Shown: positions 26,771 to 39,814, counted from the first letter of the stretch. The stretch is 64,000 bases of DNA from Ginglymostoma cirratum (GCA_024137785.1 JAHRHZ010000031.1:3643725-3707724), one strand, 5' to 3'. Program-made: numbers and translations. Notes: a model not told the origin generated them from the letters alone.

Positions 26771-27057
26771 CTCTGTCAAATTTTACAGCAGTTATTAACT
26801 AAGTTAGTCTGGTATCCTGCTTTTCACACTTGAAGAATCTCCATTATGAACACTTTGCTGTAACTTTCTTTCTTTTTCTACCAATAGTATCAGCGTAAAA
26901 CCTAATGAGCTATTTTTAAGAAAAAGAGAGGAAAAACAACTGAACACAAACCACAAACTTGTGGTCTTTTACTGAGGTTTGGTGCTAAATGATAACCTCG
27001 TTCTACCTGCAATCCTGTGCACTTCTATCCTTGAACTCAACTACATACAACCCTTGC

Positions 27058-27480
27058 AGAGAATCATAGAGCACAAAAGAAGCCCTTCGGCCCATTGAGT
27101 CTGCACTGGCTTGTCTCCAGTATTCCCATTTTCCAGCATTTGTCCTGTGTCCTTGAATGTTATGGGATTTCAAGTGGTCATCCATGTACTTTTTAAAGAT
27201 TTGAAATTTCCTGCCTCTATCCTCATACGAATTGCATTCCAGATTCCCACCACCCACTCGGAGAAGGTAGCCAAATCCCCTCTAAACCTCCTGCATATCA
27301 CCTTAAAATTATGCCCCTTTGTTACTGACCCTTCAACTAAGGAGAACAACTTCTTCCAATCCACCCTGTCCATGCCCCTCAAAATGTTATACACATCCGT
27401 CAGGTCCCCTTCACCCTTCTCTGCTCAGAAGAAAATGACTCAAACTTTTCTCTCTTCACAGCTAAACTTTTCTTTTCTAA
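27058..27480 (-). mobile_element. CR1 3' fragment
   Basis: ORF MYNILRGMDRVDWKKLFSLVEGSVTKGHNFKV...VVGIWNA. Confidence 0.85.
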
Positions 27481-30400
27481 TCCCACTGTTCCCTGCCTAA
27501 AGCTTTAAACTGTCCTAATGTGCTTCATCTTCTGTAATTCCAGAACTTCTACTTTTTCCTGTGTGAAATGTCATGAACTGGGCCTAAGCTAAGGGTACTG
27601 TACAAGCCAAATGGTGGTAATTTTTCATGAGGCCAGGGAAACAATTAGAAGGAGACAGGGAGCAGCAGGAAAGAGAGAATATTGGATACAGAGGAAGAAA
27701 ACTGTATTTAATGTAGCCTGGCAGAGGATAATAAATGCAACAGTAAACAATATTCTTTGTCTCAAAAGTTAAGTTTGATATTTGTTTTTAATCTGACAAT
27801 AAATTTCTGATTTTATCGGGTTGCAATTAATTTGCCATTTAAAGAATTGCCATTATTCATGTACGTAGGGTGCATGATGCAACCCAAATAAAGCCTATGA
27901 TAAATGAATCTGAGGTTTGATAATATTGAAGTGGAGGCATTTGCCTTGCAAGCCTATAATGTCTGACTCTGGGTGCTAAATGCATTGCATTTGAGCTATT
28001 TATTGTATTTAACTCAGGACAGATCAACTTTGTAACATGTACCTTGCAGGGAGGAAAAGTGAATTCAAATTTAGGATGGTCTTCTAAAAGTTTTTAATTC
28101 CAACTAGTTTCTACCAAACTTGTGAGAGTCTGCAAATATGGTTGTGTTTAACTTTCAACATGGTTTTTTTTGTGGCTTAAGATAACAGCTCCAACATCAT
28201 GTTTTGCATCTACTAATCAACTTTAATATTTTCTCAATTTCCTACAGGTTTTGAGATCCTATTTGTGGCCTGTTAATGCTGTATAACTGCACTTCATACA
28301 CAAACCATTTCATTTCTGTATTTTTGACGATACTCAGCACTCACTACAAAGGCATATCTGTCTGAAATGCCAGTTGGGATTGAATGAAAACTGCATATTC
28401 ACTTACCTATCTGCTGTGATAGATGATGCGGCCTCCTCATTGTATGGACACAACATTGTAGTTCAACCATCAAATTGCGCAGTAAAATATGTTCAATGTA
28501 TCATGTAAAGAAACAGATGGTTTGGGAAAGGAAGCAAGACAGAATGTTTTGCTTTATTGGTTTTGGGCTTTTATCCACATTGTCAGTTTAAATGTTGTAA
28601 TTGGAGCCAGAGAGGCTGAATTATTCCCAATACGCATGGAAGGTTTCTTCAGAGTTCAGAATAAACTAAGAATAGCTGAGCTAACAAACTAAATATCATT
28701 ATAGCACCGGTTTTAAAGTTGAAATTGAAAGATATATTGCTGGGAATCCCCCAAGTTCCACTTGAACCACATTATCTATTTAGAAAAGACTCTTAATTTA
28801 TGGTTTTCCTAATCAGACAACACTTGGATTGAGGAGTTCATTATTGCTTTTAAGCAGTTACAGTCCAATAATGCTTACATCTCAGCCAATTAGTCTGAAG
28901 GGAAATGACTTTGGCATTTTGTAATAAGTGTTGAATTACTGCATAGATTTGCCTATTAAACTCTTCCCTGATGTGTTTGACATTAAAGGGGGAACATTGT
29001 TTCAAATACACTGGTTCTTAACAGATCCAGGACCATTTCTCATTCTTTGAACAGAATTTTGTTGGGTTTATCAGGCCAATTAGTGTTGTGAAATAGCAAT
29101 GTTAAAATATCATAAGGAATTAATAAGTGGCAAAGACTTGCAGGTGTTGTTGTTTAATCTCAGCACTGTGGGCTCTGCAATTAATGAGAATTAAATTAGA
29201 AGCTCTATTCTGTTTGTTCGCTTTTGACACTTTGAAGTGATTTGTCTGTCACTAGGTGTTATATTAATGGTTGCCCGTCATTTTCTGAACAGTACTTGTC
29301 AGTGGCCTTTCCCTATACAACCAAATCTTTGGGGAGTATTTTATAGATCCATTCATTGTACCACTGAGTTTCTCCTTTTTTTAAAAGAAAGAAATGAGGA
29401 ATGATGTTGTAGATTCCTACTTGAATTGTTTGTGAACTAGATTTTTATTTGGTCTCTATGTGATTCATTGAACCATACTTCATTTGAATCAAAGCATTTT
29501 CAACAATTCATTGATTTGACTTCTACTGCTGCTGTCTGGTTGAAAAATGTATGTTAATGGTCAGCTGGTTGGTTCTGTGTTATGTCTATTACATGAGAAA
29601 CAACTGAACAGAAGTACATTTTGGAGACAAAAACAAATTTCAATAATATTGCAGCATTGTGACTTGAAATGGAACAAAATGTATAACTAACTATTTTTTG
29701 ATAAGTTTGCAAATACTTAGCATCATAGTTTAAAATTTCTGACTTTTACATGCTTGCTTTCAGAATCACTCCTTTGTGACAGTTTTGTGCAGTCTGTTTC
29801 TTTTCCCATCTTCACTTGTGCAACCCCTGCTGCCTCCAACAGAAAGACTATTGAAGTCTCCCTTATCCAGGCCATTTAATGTGCTAAGGTAAAGAAGGTG
29901 GGACAGCCATACTCCGCTCTTGTTCTATTGCCAGTACTCATCGTGGCCATGTGTATTGACAGTCTTCATGGACTTTTCTTAAAATGAGCTACCAGATCAT
30001 TTTGAGGCATTTAGACGAGTAATAGCTCATTGTGTAGAGTATCGTCATCTTACCCTTCACGAGGAAAGATCAGGTAATTCTAGAAGCCAAGATCAGGCAG
30101 TTGCAAACAGTTTTATTTTTCATTCTTTTGTGTTTATTAAGTGTGTTTTATTCAGTACTGCTTAGGAGCTGTGGCTTGTTTTCCCCTTTCCTTTCCTGTT
30201 TGCAACCCAATATCAGTTAGCCCAGTGCAAACTACAAATTAAATTTATTCTGCATTCCTCAGTTTCAAGTTGCTTACCGAGCAAGCAACTGATCTTGGGT
30301 CCCTCTATTTAGGGAGCTTGTAATTGAGAACGTAGTTGAGATGAGAATAGGAGTTTGAGAGCAATAGTATGGAAATAAGCTGTTGCTGTGTTGCATTGTC

Positions 30401-30805
30401 CAAACTGCAGAAATGTTGTGTTACTCTGTCACTGTGCTCATAATGCTAATGATTTAGCAAATATAACAACAGCTCATTTCATTGCAGAAGGTTAACATTG
30501 CGATATTACTGCTATGGACCTGCATTTGCTCAAGTTCATTTTAATTTCAATGGGCTTCACTTTTAAAAATGTTGCTTTGAATAATTCAGCTTGTTTGTTG
30601 ATTCAAAAGTTAGGAACAAATTAGCTTACTTCTACAAATTCAAGTTCACTCAGATGTGAACTTGTTGCTTCCCACTTGAGCTGAAAGGGTGAATTACATC
30701 CTGGTGCTGTCAGCAATGTGTTCCTATGTGTGTTTCTTGAGGGGACATGTACCTCATTCCAGTGCTTGGAAGTTATTCATATGCAATATTGTTCTTTTAT
30801 TTCAG

Positions 30806-30838
30806 ATTCTCATGCATACCAAAGAGATGGTCCAGAAG
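30806..30838 (+). CDS. POLA1: POLA1 internal coding microexon (33 nt, ILMHTKEMVQK)
   Basis: Acceptor gttcttttatttcAG, donor GTaatt; phase 0/0; peptide matches the vertebrate Pol alpha segment just before [12 protein letters not shown]; not in frame in the ORF track. Confidence 0.95.
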
Positions 30839-32369
30839 GTAATTTATCCACATTACTATTAGTATACGTAAAGGTACTAAACAGAACAAGCATCAGGAGC
30901 TTTCAACTCCACTTCTAATAGCAACAAAGCTCATTTATATTCAAGAGTTTAATCAGGAATAAGTGATTTGTGTTAATTAAAGTAATGTTTTTCATATGTT
31001 GGATGTGATAAATTGTGTTGTTACCCACATATGTGAACCTTGTGACTAGAAGCACTTCTCCCTTAGGAGCTGCCTCCTTTGAGTGCTTTGTGCTAATGCT
31101 GTGTTTACCACTTTTCTTTTGTATGCTATTAGCAGCAGATTTGCAATGGTTTTAATTTTTGGTTTATTTTGAGTAACCAAAAATTAAAGCCTGCTCAGAT
31201 TGCCTTTCCCATTCTAACAGAAACACGTGGGAACCTGCTGAATATAATTCCTAATCCCCATTTCACAGGTATTTTGTAATAATGACATGTCACTTTAATG
31301 AACAAACAAAGGGTGATATGTGATTTAATGGGAATTGTTTAAAAAAAATTTTATTCTTATTATGGTCTTTATTCAAGACAGAATAAAGCAATAATTAAAA
31401 AGTTACACACATTGCATAAGCAAGAATAGATTGGATGTGTACATAGTCTGTATATGTACATAATCTGGGTAATCCTTGAAAAAGTAAAATTGCCAATTGT
31501 TTGAAAATGACCACTGTGATATGACTAATATGAAGAAAGCTCAAAAAAAGAATATGTTGATTCGGTACGGTCGTGGGCTTTTAGTCAAATGAATTTGCAT
31601 TTTGATTCCAAAGGTCCTTTAGGTAAATCTGTTTAATTTGGACTATAAAGTTTTGATTTTTTTCCATCTAAAATGAAAACATAACCTTTGGAAGGATAGA
31701 AAGTTGTGCCGACCGTTGATGTTAAGAAGAGGGAAATAAGTAGTTTTAATTCGCTTACACATGAGTTGAATTGCAATGAAAAGACAGAAACATGACCGAC
31801 CTATCATATTTGTTGATTCCTGGAACATGTTTTGCTTCCTCATTCGCAAACTCTTCTATCAACATCACTCTTTAGAACTTTGCTGATGGCATTTTCATAA
31901 TGTCCATGGACAACCTGTGAAACCAGAATTTAATGCTGCTGAGGCTTCCAACTGATAGCCTTAACTGTAATGAAATAGAATTGTGCATTGGGTTAGAAAG
32001 TGGGATCTAAAACTTCATTCTGCTTGTCCTGCATATGTTAATGTAGGAAAGACTGGATTGATGGTAGTTACAGTGTGATGAAATATTCCCCATCAAAGCA
32101 CTTCCCAAGTCTACGACTACTTCCATCTTGAAGAACAAGGGCAGCAGATACATGGATACAGCACCCCCTGCATTTTCTATAATGTCCAAAGTGTAATATT
32201 CTAAAATTTAAGGAATTGGGAAGATCAAAACAATTTCTCTGTGCTTGCTTGCAGTGATCCTGTGGGATACAAATGATTTCTGTGGATACTTACATTGCAT
32301 TAGCAATGCTGTCCATGCAGATCATTGTGCCTGTCAAGTAGAGACTGACAGCATCAGGTGTAGGCTGAA

Positions 32370-32680
32370 GCTCCCTATACTTACAGCTCAGGGACAGGTT
32401 CTTCGGCCTCCCATATCTGTGCTAACCATGATGCCATTCTGAATGAATCCTGTGTGTCTATAGATAGTCCTTATCCCTCTATTCCCTGCCTGTTCATCCG
32501 TCTGTCTAAATGCCCCTTAAACATTGCTATCGTACCTCCTTCTGCCACCTTGCCTGGCAACATGTTCCAAGCACCTTCCATCCTCTGTGTTAAAAAACTT
32601 TCCTCACATATCTCCTGTAAACTTTTCCCCTCTCACCTAAACCTTTGCCCTGTAGTATTTGACATCATTGTTATGGAAAA
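32370..32680 (-). mobile_element. CR1 3' tail fragment
   Basis: Same tail family as 58856-59200. Confidence 0.75.
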
Positions 32681-32739
32681 GGACAATCTTGAATCTAACG
32701 GAGTTGGGATCACAATCTGTGTAATTCTACCCAAGAAAG

Positions 32740-33570
32740 ATATTGATAAGTTAAATAAATGGGCAAAAAGTTGGCAAATAGCATATAATTTGGGAAATGT
32801 GAAGGTGTTTGTTTTGGGAGGGTAAACAAAAGAACGGTGTTATTTAAATGGAGAAAAACTACAGAAAGCTGCAACGCTAAGGGACTTAGGGGTACTTGTG
32901 TACAAAACACCGTAAACTAACACACATGCAGTTGGTAATCAGGAAGGCTAATGGAATGGTGGCCCTTATTTCAATGGGATTGGAGTATAGGAGTAGAGAA
33001 GTCTCACTGCAACTGTACAAGGTGCTCGTGAGATCATGCCTGGACTATTGTGAGCAGTTTTGGTCCCCTTATTTAAGGTAAGATATCATTTCATTGGAGG
33101 CAATTGAGAGCAGGTTCACTAGTATGATCTCTGGCATGGAGGAATTGTTTCATGAGAAAAAGCTAAACAGGCTGGGACTCAACCTAAATGATATAATGAA
33201 GGGGCAGCATACATAATATGAATGAGCAACACCAGGGGAATCTTTGAGAAACTTTGGAGGAGACCATTCATGCTGGGAAGAGAAACCATTGCTGAGGATG
33301 TACAGGCTGTGTTGAGAGGGGATGGAATTGAACTATGCAAGAGCAGTTTCACAGAGGTGGACCCTAGAGGAAGGCCAGTAGTAGTGTTAAGCTCTGAGAT
33401 ATATTGACGTGAATAAGAAGTTTTATGGAGTAAGGGAATCAAGAGTTATAGAAAAAAGACAAGAAAGTGGAATTGGAAATTATCAGATCAGCCATGATTT
33501 CATTGAATGGCAGAGCAGACTCATGGGGCCAAATGGCTTACTTCTGCTCCTATGTCTAATTATCTTATAA
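32740..33570 (+). mobile_element. CR1 RT C-terminal fragment with internal foreign segment
   Basis: VIRKANGMVALISMGLEYRSREVSLQLYKVLVRSCLDYCEQFWSPYLR; tail gatcagccatgatttcattgaatggcagagcag. Confidence 0.85.
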
Positions 33571-33619
33571 ACATCAAGATAATAATAGCCAAAGGACAAG
33601 ACGTCTCCTTTCCACAGTC

Positions 33620-34640
33620 CTTACCTGTGTCATGTCGATGGTGGACAGTCTTTGGAAATTCAGGAGGTGAGTTCCTTGCTGCAGGACACCTATCATCTGA
33701 TCTGCTTTTGAAGCCACAGTACTTTTATGGCCAGTCCAATTCAATTTCTGTCCAATAGTAACTCCCAGAATATCAATACTCAGGAATTCAGTGATGGTAA
33801 TGCCTTTGAATGTCATGGCGCAATAGTTAGATTCTCTCTTATTGGAGACGATCATTGCCCGGAACTTGTGTGCCATGAATGTTACTTGCCAAACTTACCA
33901 AGTAAGCCTGGAAATTCTCCACGTCTTGCAGCATTTGGCCATGGAGTACTTCAGTATCTGAGGGATTGCAAACGGTGCTGATCATTGTGCTATCATCGGT
34001 GAACATCCCACTTTTGACCATGTGATGGAGAGAAGGACATTACAAAGCAGCTGAAGATGGTTGGGCTTAGGACACTACTGTGAGGAACTCCTGCAGGGAT
34101 GTTCTGAGACTGAGATGACTCACTTCTGTCAACCATAATCATCTACCTTCATTCCTCCTATGAGTCAGGTATTGGTGCAAGTTTTCCCCCAATGCCCATT
34201 GATTCCAGTTTTGCTAGAGCCCATTGATGCCACACTTGGTCAAATGCAGTTTGATGTAAAAGGCCACTGCTGTAGCCTCCGCTCTGGAATTCAGCTCTTT
34301 TGGTCCATGTTTGAACCAAAACAACAATGAGGTCAGGAGCGAAGCGTCCTTGGTTGAACCCAAACTAAGCTCCAGAGGCAGGTTAAGCTACTTGATAGCA
34401 CTGTTGGTGACCCCTGCCATCACTTTCTGTTGATTGAGATGAGATTGAAGGGTGTTTATTGGCCAGCTTGGATTTGTCATGCTTTTTGTGCACAGGACAT
34501 ACCACATTGTCGGGGATATGTCTGTATGGTAACTATCGTCAGGGGTATGCTTGACAAGGAGTTCGGTAAGTTCTGGAGCACAGATTTTCAGTACTATTGC
34601 GAGTATGTTGTCAGGGCCCCTAGCATTTGCAGTATCCAGT
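33620..34640 (-). mobile_element. CR1-type LINE RT fragment (second family)
   Basis: GMFTDDSTM (degraded YADD), ILGVTIGQKLNWTGH, ARGPDNILAIVLKICAPEL. Confidence 0.82.
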
Positions 34641-35335
34641 ATACCCAGGTGTAGAGTAGCAAATGTGACACCTTTATTCAAGAAGCATGTCAGAACTGTT
34701 GTAATGCCTATAAGCCTGTCAACATGTTTAACATTGTTGATGTTTAAGGTTTTAGAAACAATAATCATGGGTAATAATCAGCGCACACTTTGGCAGGTTT
34801 GAGTTAATTAGCGATAGTAAAATCAGACTTGATTAATCATCTTGAATTTTTTGATGAATTATCAGAGATACTTGACGAAGGAAATACAATAGAGGCTATC
34901 CAAGTGGATTTTAAGAAGCTTTTGACAAAGTACTACATAAAGGCTTGTTATCAAAACAGAGAGGAGGGGCGCTGTCTAATTGGAATTAAAAATTGGCCAA
35001 AGGACAGAAGCAGAGATTAGTTTTTGAATGGTAGACTGTGACTGCCTTAAGGGTCAGTGCAAGGACCTGCAATATTCAGAAAACTGATCTTTTTCCTGTA
35101 AGTGAAGGGCTTGGATCTTGAAATACAGAGTCAAAACTCCAAAGTTGCCAGAGGTACCAAAATTTGGAGGTGTGCTATGCAATGAGTTGCCTGCAACATC
35201 AGCAGGTAAAACATATCAAGATATGCTTCAAAAGAACATATAGGAACAAAGGAATCCTGTGCTGTATGTGCATCAGTTTTAGAAAGTCAGAGGACTTGTT
35301 GAGTGTATAATTAGATAAGCATATGAGACCTTGGG
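34640..35335 (+). mobile_element. Decayed CR1 RT fragment
   Basis: RVANVTPLFKK, NHLEFFDE..DEGNTIEAIQVDFKK. Confidence 0.75.
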
Positions 35336-35342
35336 CCCTGTG

Positions 35343-35436
35343 CTCTGATAAAGAGTCATCTCGATGTGAAATGTTAGCTTGCTGTCTCCATGGACGCTGT
35401 CTGACCTGCTGTGATCTCCAGCATTTGTTGTTTTCA
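35343..35436 (+). repeat. Single arm of the repeat seen at 879-1095
   Basis: gaaatgttagcttgctgtctccatggacgctgtctgacctgctgtgatctccagcatttgttgttttc. Confidence 0.75.
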
Positions 35437-36054
35437 TATGAAACCTTGGGCCTTTGATAAAATACTATCAATTTTAAACTTCCATCATCTGGTTTTAATA
35501 CTGGAGACCTTCATGAACTGAAACAGTTTTAACAAAGAGGGACCACGAATGTAAAATGGCTGCAGTGATCACCTGACCACAGATTGAGGCACGTTCAGGA
35601 AACAAACCTATCTGAACTGAAACTACCATTTTATCTAAAGGCATTGACCACAGTCAACTGACCCCAGACTCTAGAAACTTTCATCTGCTGTTTCAGTTTG
35701 CACTAATCTAATAAGTTGAACATATTGGATATGAAGAGTAGCCCTTAGCTATCCAGCCCAAAAATACAAAAATGAATCATTTTTCAGTGCTTGCTTGACA
35801 GAGGAGCAGAGAGGGAGAGCAAAGGCTTGAATTCTCTCACTCTCTCTTTCTTATGTATGCGTTTGTGTTTTATGTTGCTCTTAGAATATCAAGGTTTGTT
35901 CTTTGTTTCATTCAAGAAAACCTTATGTTGTCTCCTTCATTTCACCAAGTAAGCTATATTTTAATTAAAGCGTGATATTGTGTGCTAAAAAGAAATAAAA
36001 TGTTTACAACAACTGATTGAGAGTTTAAAAAAAGAATAAAGGGGAGCCAATTCA

Positions 36055-36990
36055 ACTGTGGTCATTACAGTTTTATTAAATAGACGCACTGAGTACAGAA
36101 ACAGGTATGTAATGCTGAACCCTTATAAATCTCTAATTAGGCCTGCAGTAAAGCACAGTGACTCAGTGGTTAGCACTGCTGCCTCACAGCGCCAGGGACC
36201 CAGGTTCAATTCCAGCCTCTGGCAACTGTCTGTGTGGAGTTTGCACATTCTCCCCGTGTCCACGTGGGTTTCCTCCATGTGCTCCGGTTTCCTCCCACAG
36301 TCCCAAGATGTGCAGGCTAGGTGGATTAGCCTTGGTAAATTGCCCATGGTGTTCAGGGATATGTAGATTAGGTGGGTTATAAGGGGATGGGTCTGGGTGT
36401 ATGCTCTGAGGGTTGGTGTGGACTTGTTGGGCAGAATGGCCTGTTTTCACACTGTAGGGATTCTATGATTCTATGGATTCTATGATATAAAGCATTGTGT
36501 CTAGTTCTGGTCAATATCCTTTAAAACAAATGCAGAAGTCCTGAAGAGGACGTAGAAGAAATTTGCCAGATATTTGCAGACATGGGGAATTTTAGTTTCA
36601 AGGCTGGATTGGCAAGCTGAACTTGTTCTCCTTGGAATGAAGGAGATTCAAAACAAATTTGATGGAGTTGTACAAGATTATGACAGACTTGCATAAGGTA
36701 GTAAAGGAAAAACTGTTCCCATTAGAGGATCATATAAACCTTAGTTGATATAAAATGTTTTGGAGAAAAGTGCAGGAGGAGTAGCTTTTTTGCAGAGCAA
36801 GTGGAAATAACCTGAAACTTGCTTCCCCTAAGTACGGCAATGCAAAGAACAGTCAATTTCAGAAAGAGATTAGGTGTTAGCTTTTCGCTGTGGGTATTAG
36901 GCAGGAGAATAGAGCTGACTAGAATGCTCTGTGGAGAGCTGGCATGGACCAAACAGGCTGAATGACTGCTTCCTGTGCCATAAATTAGTA
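36055..36990 (+). mobile_element. Old CR1 3' fragment interrupted by a SINE
   Basis: EYRNRYVMLNPYKSLIRP...KHCV.FWS continues after the SINE. Confidence 0.8.
36153..36487 (+). mobile_element. Near full-length HE1/V-SINE (tRNA head, V core, CR1/HER1-derived tail)
   Basis: Box A TGACTCAGTGG 36159-36169, box B GGTTCAATTCC 36203-36213, V-domain tgtggagtttgcacattctccccgtgtc..gtgggtttcctcc, (GATTCTAT)n tail, 7-bp TSD TAAAGCA at 36149-36155 and 36488-36494. Confidence 0.93.
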
Positions 36991-37429
36991 AAATATCATC
37001 TTTGTGGCTCTATGTCAGATTTCTTTGACAAAACTTATGTGTGATGCTTTGGGATGTTTTACTATAATAAAGGTGCCACGTAAGTACAAGTTGTTTTGTT
37101 GACATCCCAAACTGATTTACTACCAATAGATTGGCCATTTTGAAAAACAATGATGTTGTGTAGAAAAATATGGCAGTTAATTTTCATACAGCAGTGCCCC
37201 ACAAGCATTCATGAAAAGATTAACTTAAACCATTTTTAGTGGTGTTGTTGAGAGATGCAATTTCGATTTGCTAACTGACAGACGGAATTGTATCTTAACT
37301 CATCTACAAGACAGTTAACTCTATCTCTATTTGTGGCTTACAAATCTCAATGTACCCAGAATGATCAAATTTTAACTAGCCTGCCAATAGCATTTGTGCA
37401 AAATTAATTTCCTTGATTCTTACAGTTGA

Positions 37430-37546
<117 letters not shown>

Positions 37547-39125
37547 TAACAGATTAAAGAGTTGACGTCATTAATAGGGTCCATAAACAAGCTATCAATG
37601 CCATTGAAAACAATTGTACTGTATTGTGTTCTATAAATAGATTTATTTTTAGCTTAGTAAAGATTTGAGCACCTTAGGTATCATTTGCTTAGCTTTCAGT
37701 TGAATTTTGCATATAAATTTAATCACATTTACCTTGGTGAAATATGCTGATAGTTCGATTCAACTTTAACTGTGACAATCATAATCAAAACACTTGGTTG
37801 CAACCAAGTAGCTTGTGTTTATTTTAGTTATTATAATCCTTTCTATCCAGAAGGAATTTAGTGTTCAGCTGATTCGACACAGACACATTGCTACAGATGC
37901 TTCTCTTGCTCTATTGTAAAAGCAGTTTGCTCATTTATTAGGAATGTAGGCCGAGCCCTAGCTGCATACTTTATGACTATATTCCGCTTTGGTAGAACCT
38001 TTCTTTCATTGTCTTTGCTGTTACTCTAACTGGGTCAGAGCATAAATTGATTATAATGGAAATGTCAATCTTGTCTGTTTAACGTCACTTTGCAAGAGCA
38101 ATGCTGTTCTGCAAGAGATCTAGAATTTCATTATTCACTGTCCATCAGATAATAAGGATGAAAGGAGAAATTACTAATAATGTGGATAATCTGAACCACA
38201 TAAAATATTGAAAACAGCATTTTTTTCTCTTTCAAATCAAGTTTCTGGGAATTAGCCATTCAAGTATTTATGATATTTTGATCAAATTTGTCGAGAGATG
38301 GAATTACAAGCTCAAATTTTGATCCACTTGAACTAGATAACTCATTTCAATTTAATTGGAATTTCTGTCAGTGAGCCTGTGAGAAAGTGTAGTTATCTCA
38401 TGTCTATAAACTTTGCAGAACCTGAATTGTACTTGTTTGGAATTTCTCTGAAGTATAATACTCCTGTGAAGTGCCTTGGAATGTTGTAGAATATTAAAGT
38501 TGTTTTTGATATTTATCTGACTTGCCAGCTTTATTCGTAAGGAATTTGTTTCCAACCCATCTTGGGTAGATGAAATCTCCTATGCCTGTCTAAACAGTGC
38601 CTGAAATCACCTGAGTTGGAAAATCCACATCTTTTAACTGAGTTTGTAAATAGCGATTAAATTCTGAATCAGTGTTGTGGGACTTCATCTGTGTGAGTTC
38701 TGCCTCAAGCCCCCCCATACAATGACTTTGGCAAATGTGAAAGGATTGAACACAGGCAGAAAAAGTGAATTTAAATGGCATCCAAATGTACAACAGAAAA
38801 AGTCTGGCTATTCTTCAAAGTACATTAGACCCAGGTTTCTGTCTCAGTTTTTGCTGCGCCGTTTATCTCAATCAATTTAGGAGAATGAAGTATATTTCAG
38901 ACCCCTGAACGATCAGGCCTTGCATATAATTTCAATTATTGTGGATAGACTGTTTGGATTTCTGGACATTTGACAACAATGAAGTTTATTCCAGCTAATG
39001 ATACCTTTTAGAGACAAATTGGCCGCATAACTTTCACTATTCAGATTCGCAGGCTGACATCTGATGAACGGATGAGGTGCTAAATGGCTGCTAATCCTCT
39101 TGGAACAGGATCTCACCAGCAGTTG

Positions 39126-39143
39126 CAACAGTAGGGGGCGAAG
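39126..39143 (+). promoter_or_regulatory. Candidate CTCF site (CAACAGTAGGGGGCGAAG)
   Basis: Close to the CTCF core CCAGTAGGGGGCGC; motif match only. Confidence 0.45.
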
Positions 39144-39549
39144 TTGCAATATTATAACATTAAATATTCATTTATTTCTCATTTTAATTTGTGGATATTA
39201 AGACCATTTGTCCAAATTAATTAGAAAACTGCTTTTATCCAAGAGGAAGGGAAATCTGCGCTACGTTTTGGGTGTCATTAGCTGCTTGTGAAAGAGTGGA
39301 GAATTTTCATCTCATCTGGGACACTACAATTTTTAGACGTGCTTAAATTGGGTTTAAAATGCTGACACAGTCTGTTGTGGTTTGGAGGTGGTGATCGTTG
39401 CTTTGTGCATGATATTTTCATTGATGTGAAAATTGCCATTGAGAAACTAAATTATTCTTGTACTAATCTCATTCTCTAGTTCTGCATTTTAGAGAAGCAG
39501 ACCTCACGAGATGATGTGGAAACTTACCCATCTGTTCGTGTTTCTACAG

Positions 39550-39755
39550 GTCAAGAGTGAAGTAAACAAACAGTACAAGCTCCTTGAGCTGGACATTGAT
39601 GGGGTGTTTAAATCATTACTGTTGCTGAAGAAGAAGAAATATGCTGCCCTTGTGGTAGAACCAACTGCAGATGGACACTATGTCACCAAACAGGAACTAA
39701 AGGGGCTGGATATTGTTCGGCGTGACTGGTGTGGCCTAGCAAAGGAAATTGGAAA
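39550..39755 (+). CDS. POLA1: POLA1 coding exon (206 nt): [38 protein letters not shown]...[20 protein letters not shown]
   Basis: tttctacAG acceptor, GTaatt donor; KKKY and [10 protein letters not shown] motifs; phase 0/2; inside ORF 39511..39759. Confidence 0.97.
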
Positions 39756-39814
39756 GTAATTGGTTTAAATAAGAACCTTTTTCTGTGATTTTTATATACA
39801 TGTCTCCTATTATT

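Noticed and set aside
1-30805. Upstream POLA1 exon or intronic sno/scaRNA (mammalian POLA1 hosts SCARNA23)
   Set aside because: No exon encoding the expected ..YGCLGF..RFYAKPLAALVT..GRE and no convincing H/ACA or C/D structure recognised by eye; an Infernal/Rfam scan would be needed to exclude it
35440-36050. Possible solo LTR
   Set aside because: Composition is suggestive but no clear TG..CA ends, TSD or second copy could be identified
36153-36225. tRNA gene
   Set aside because: A/B boxes run into a V-SINE core and LINE-derived tail with TSD; it is a SINE head
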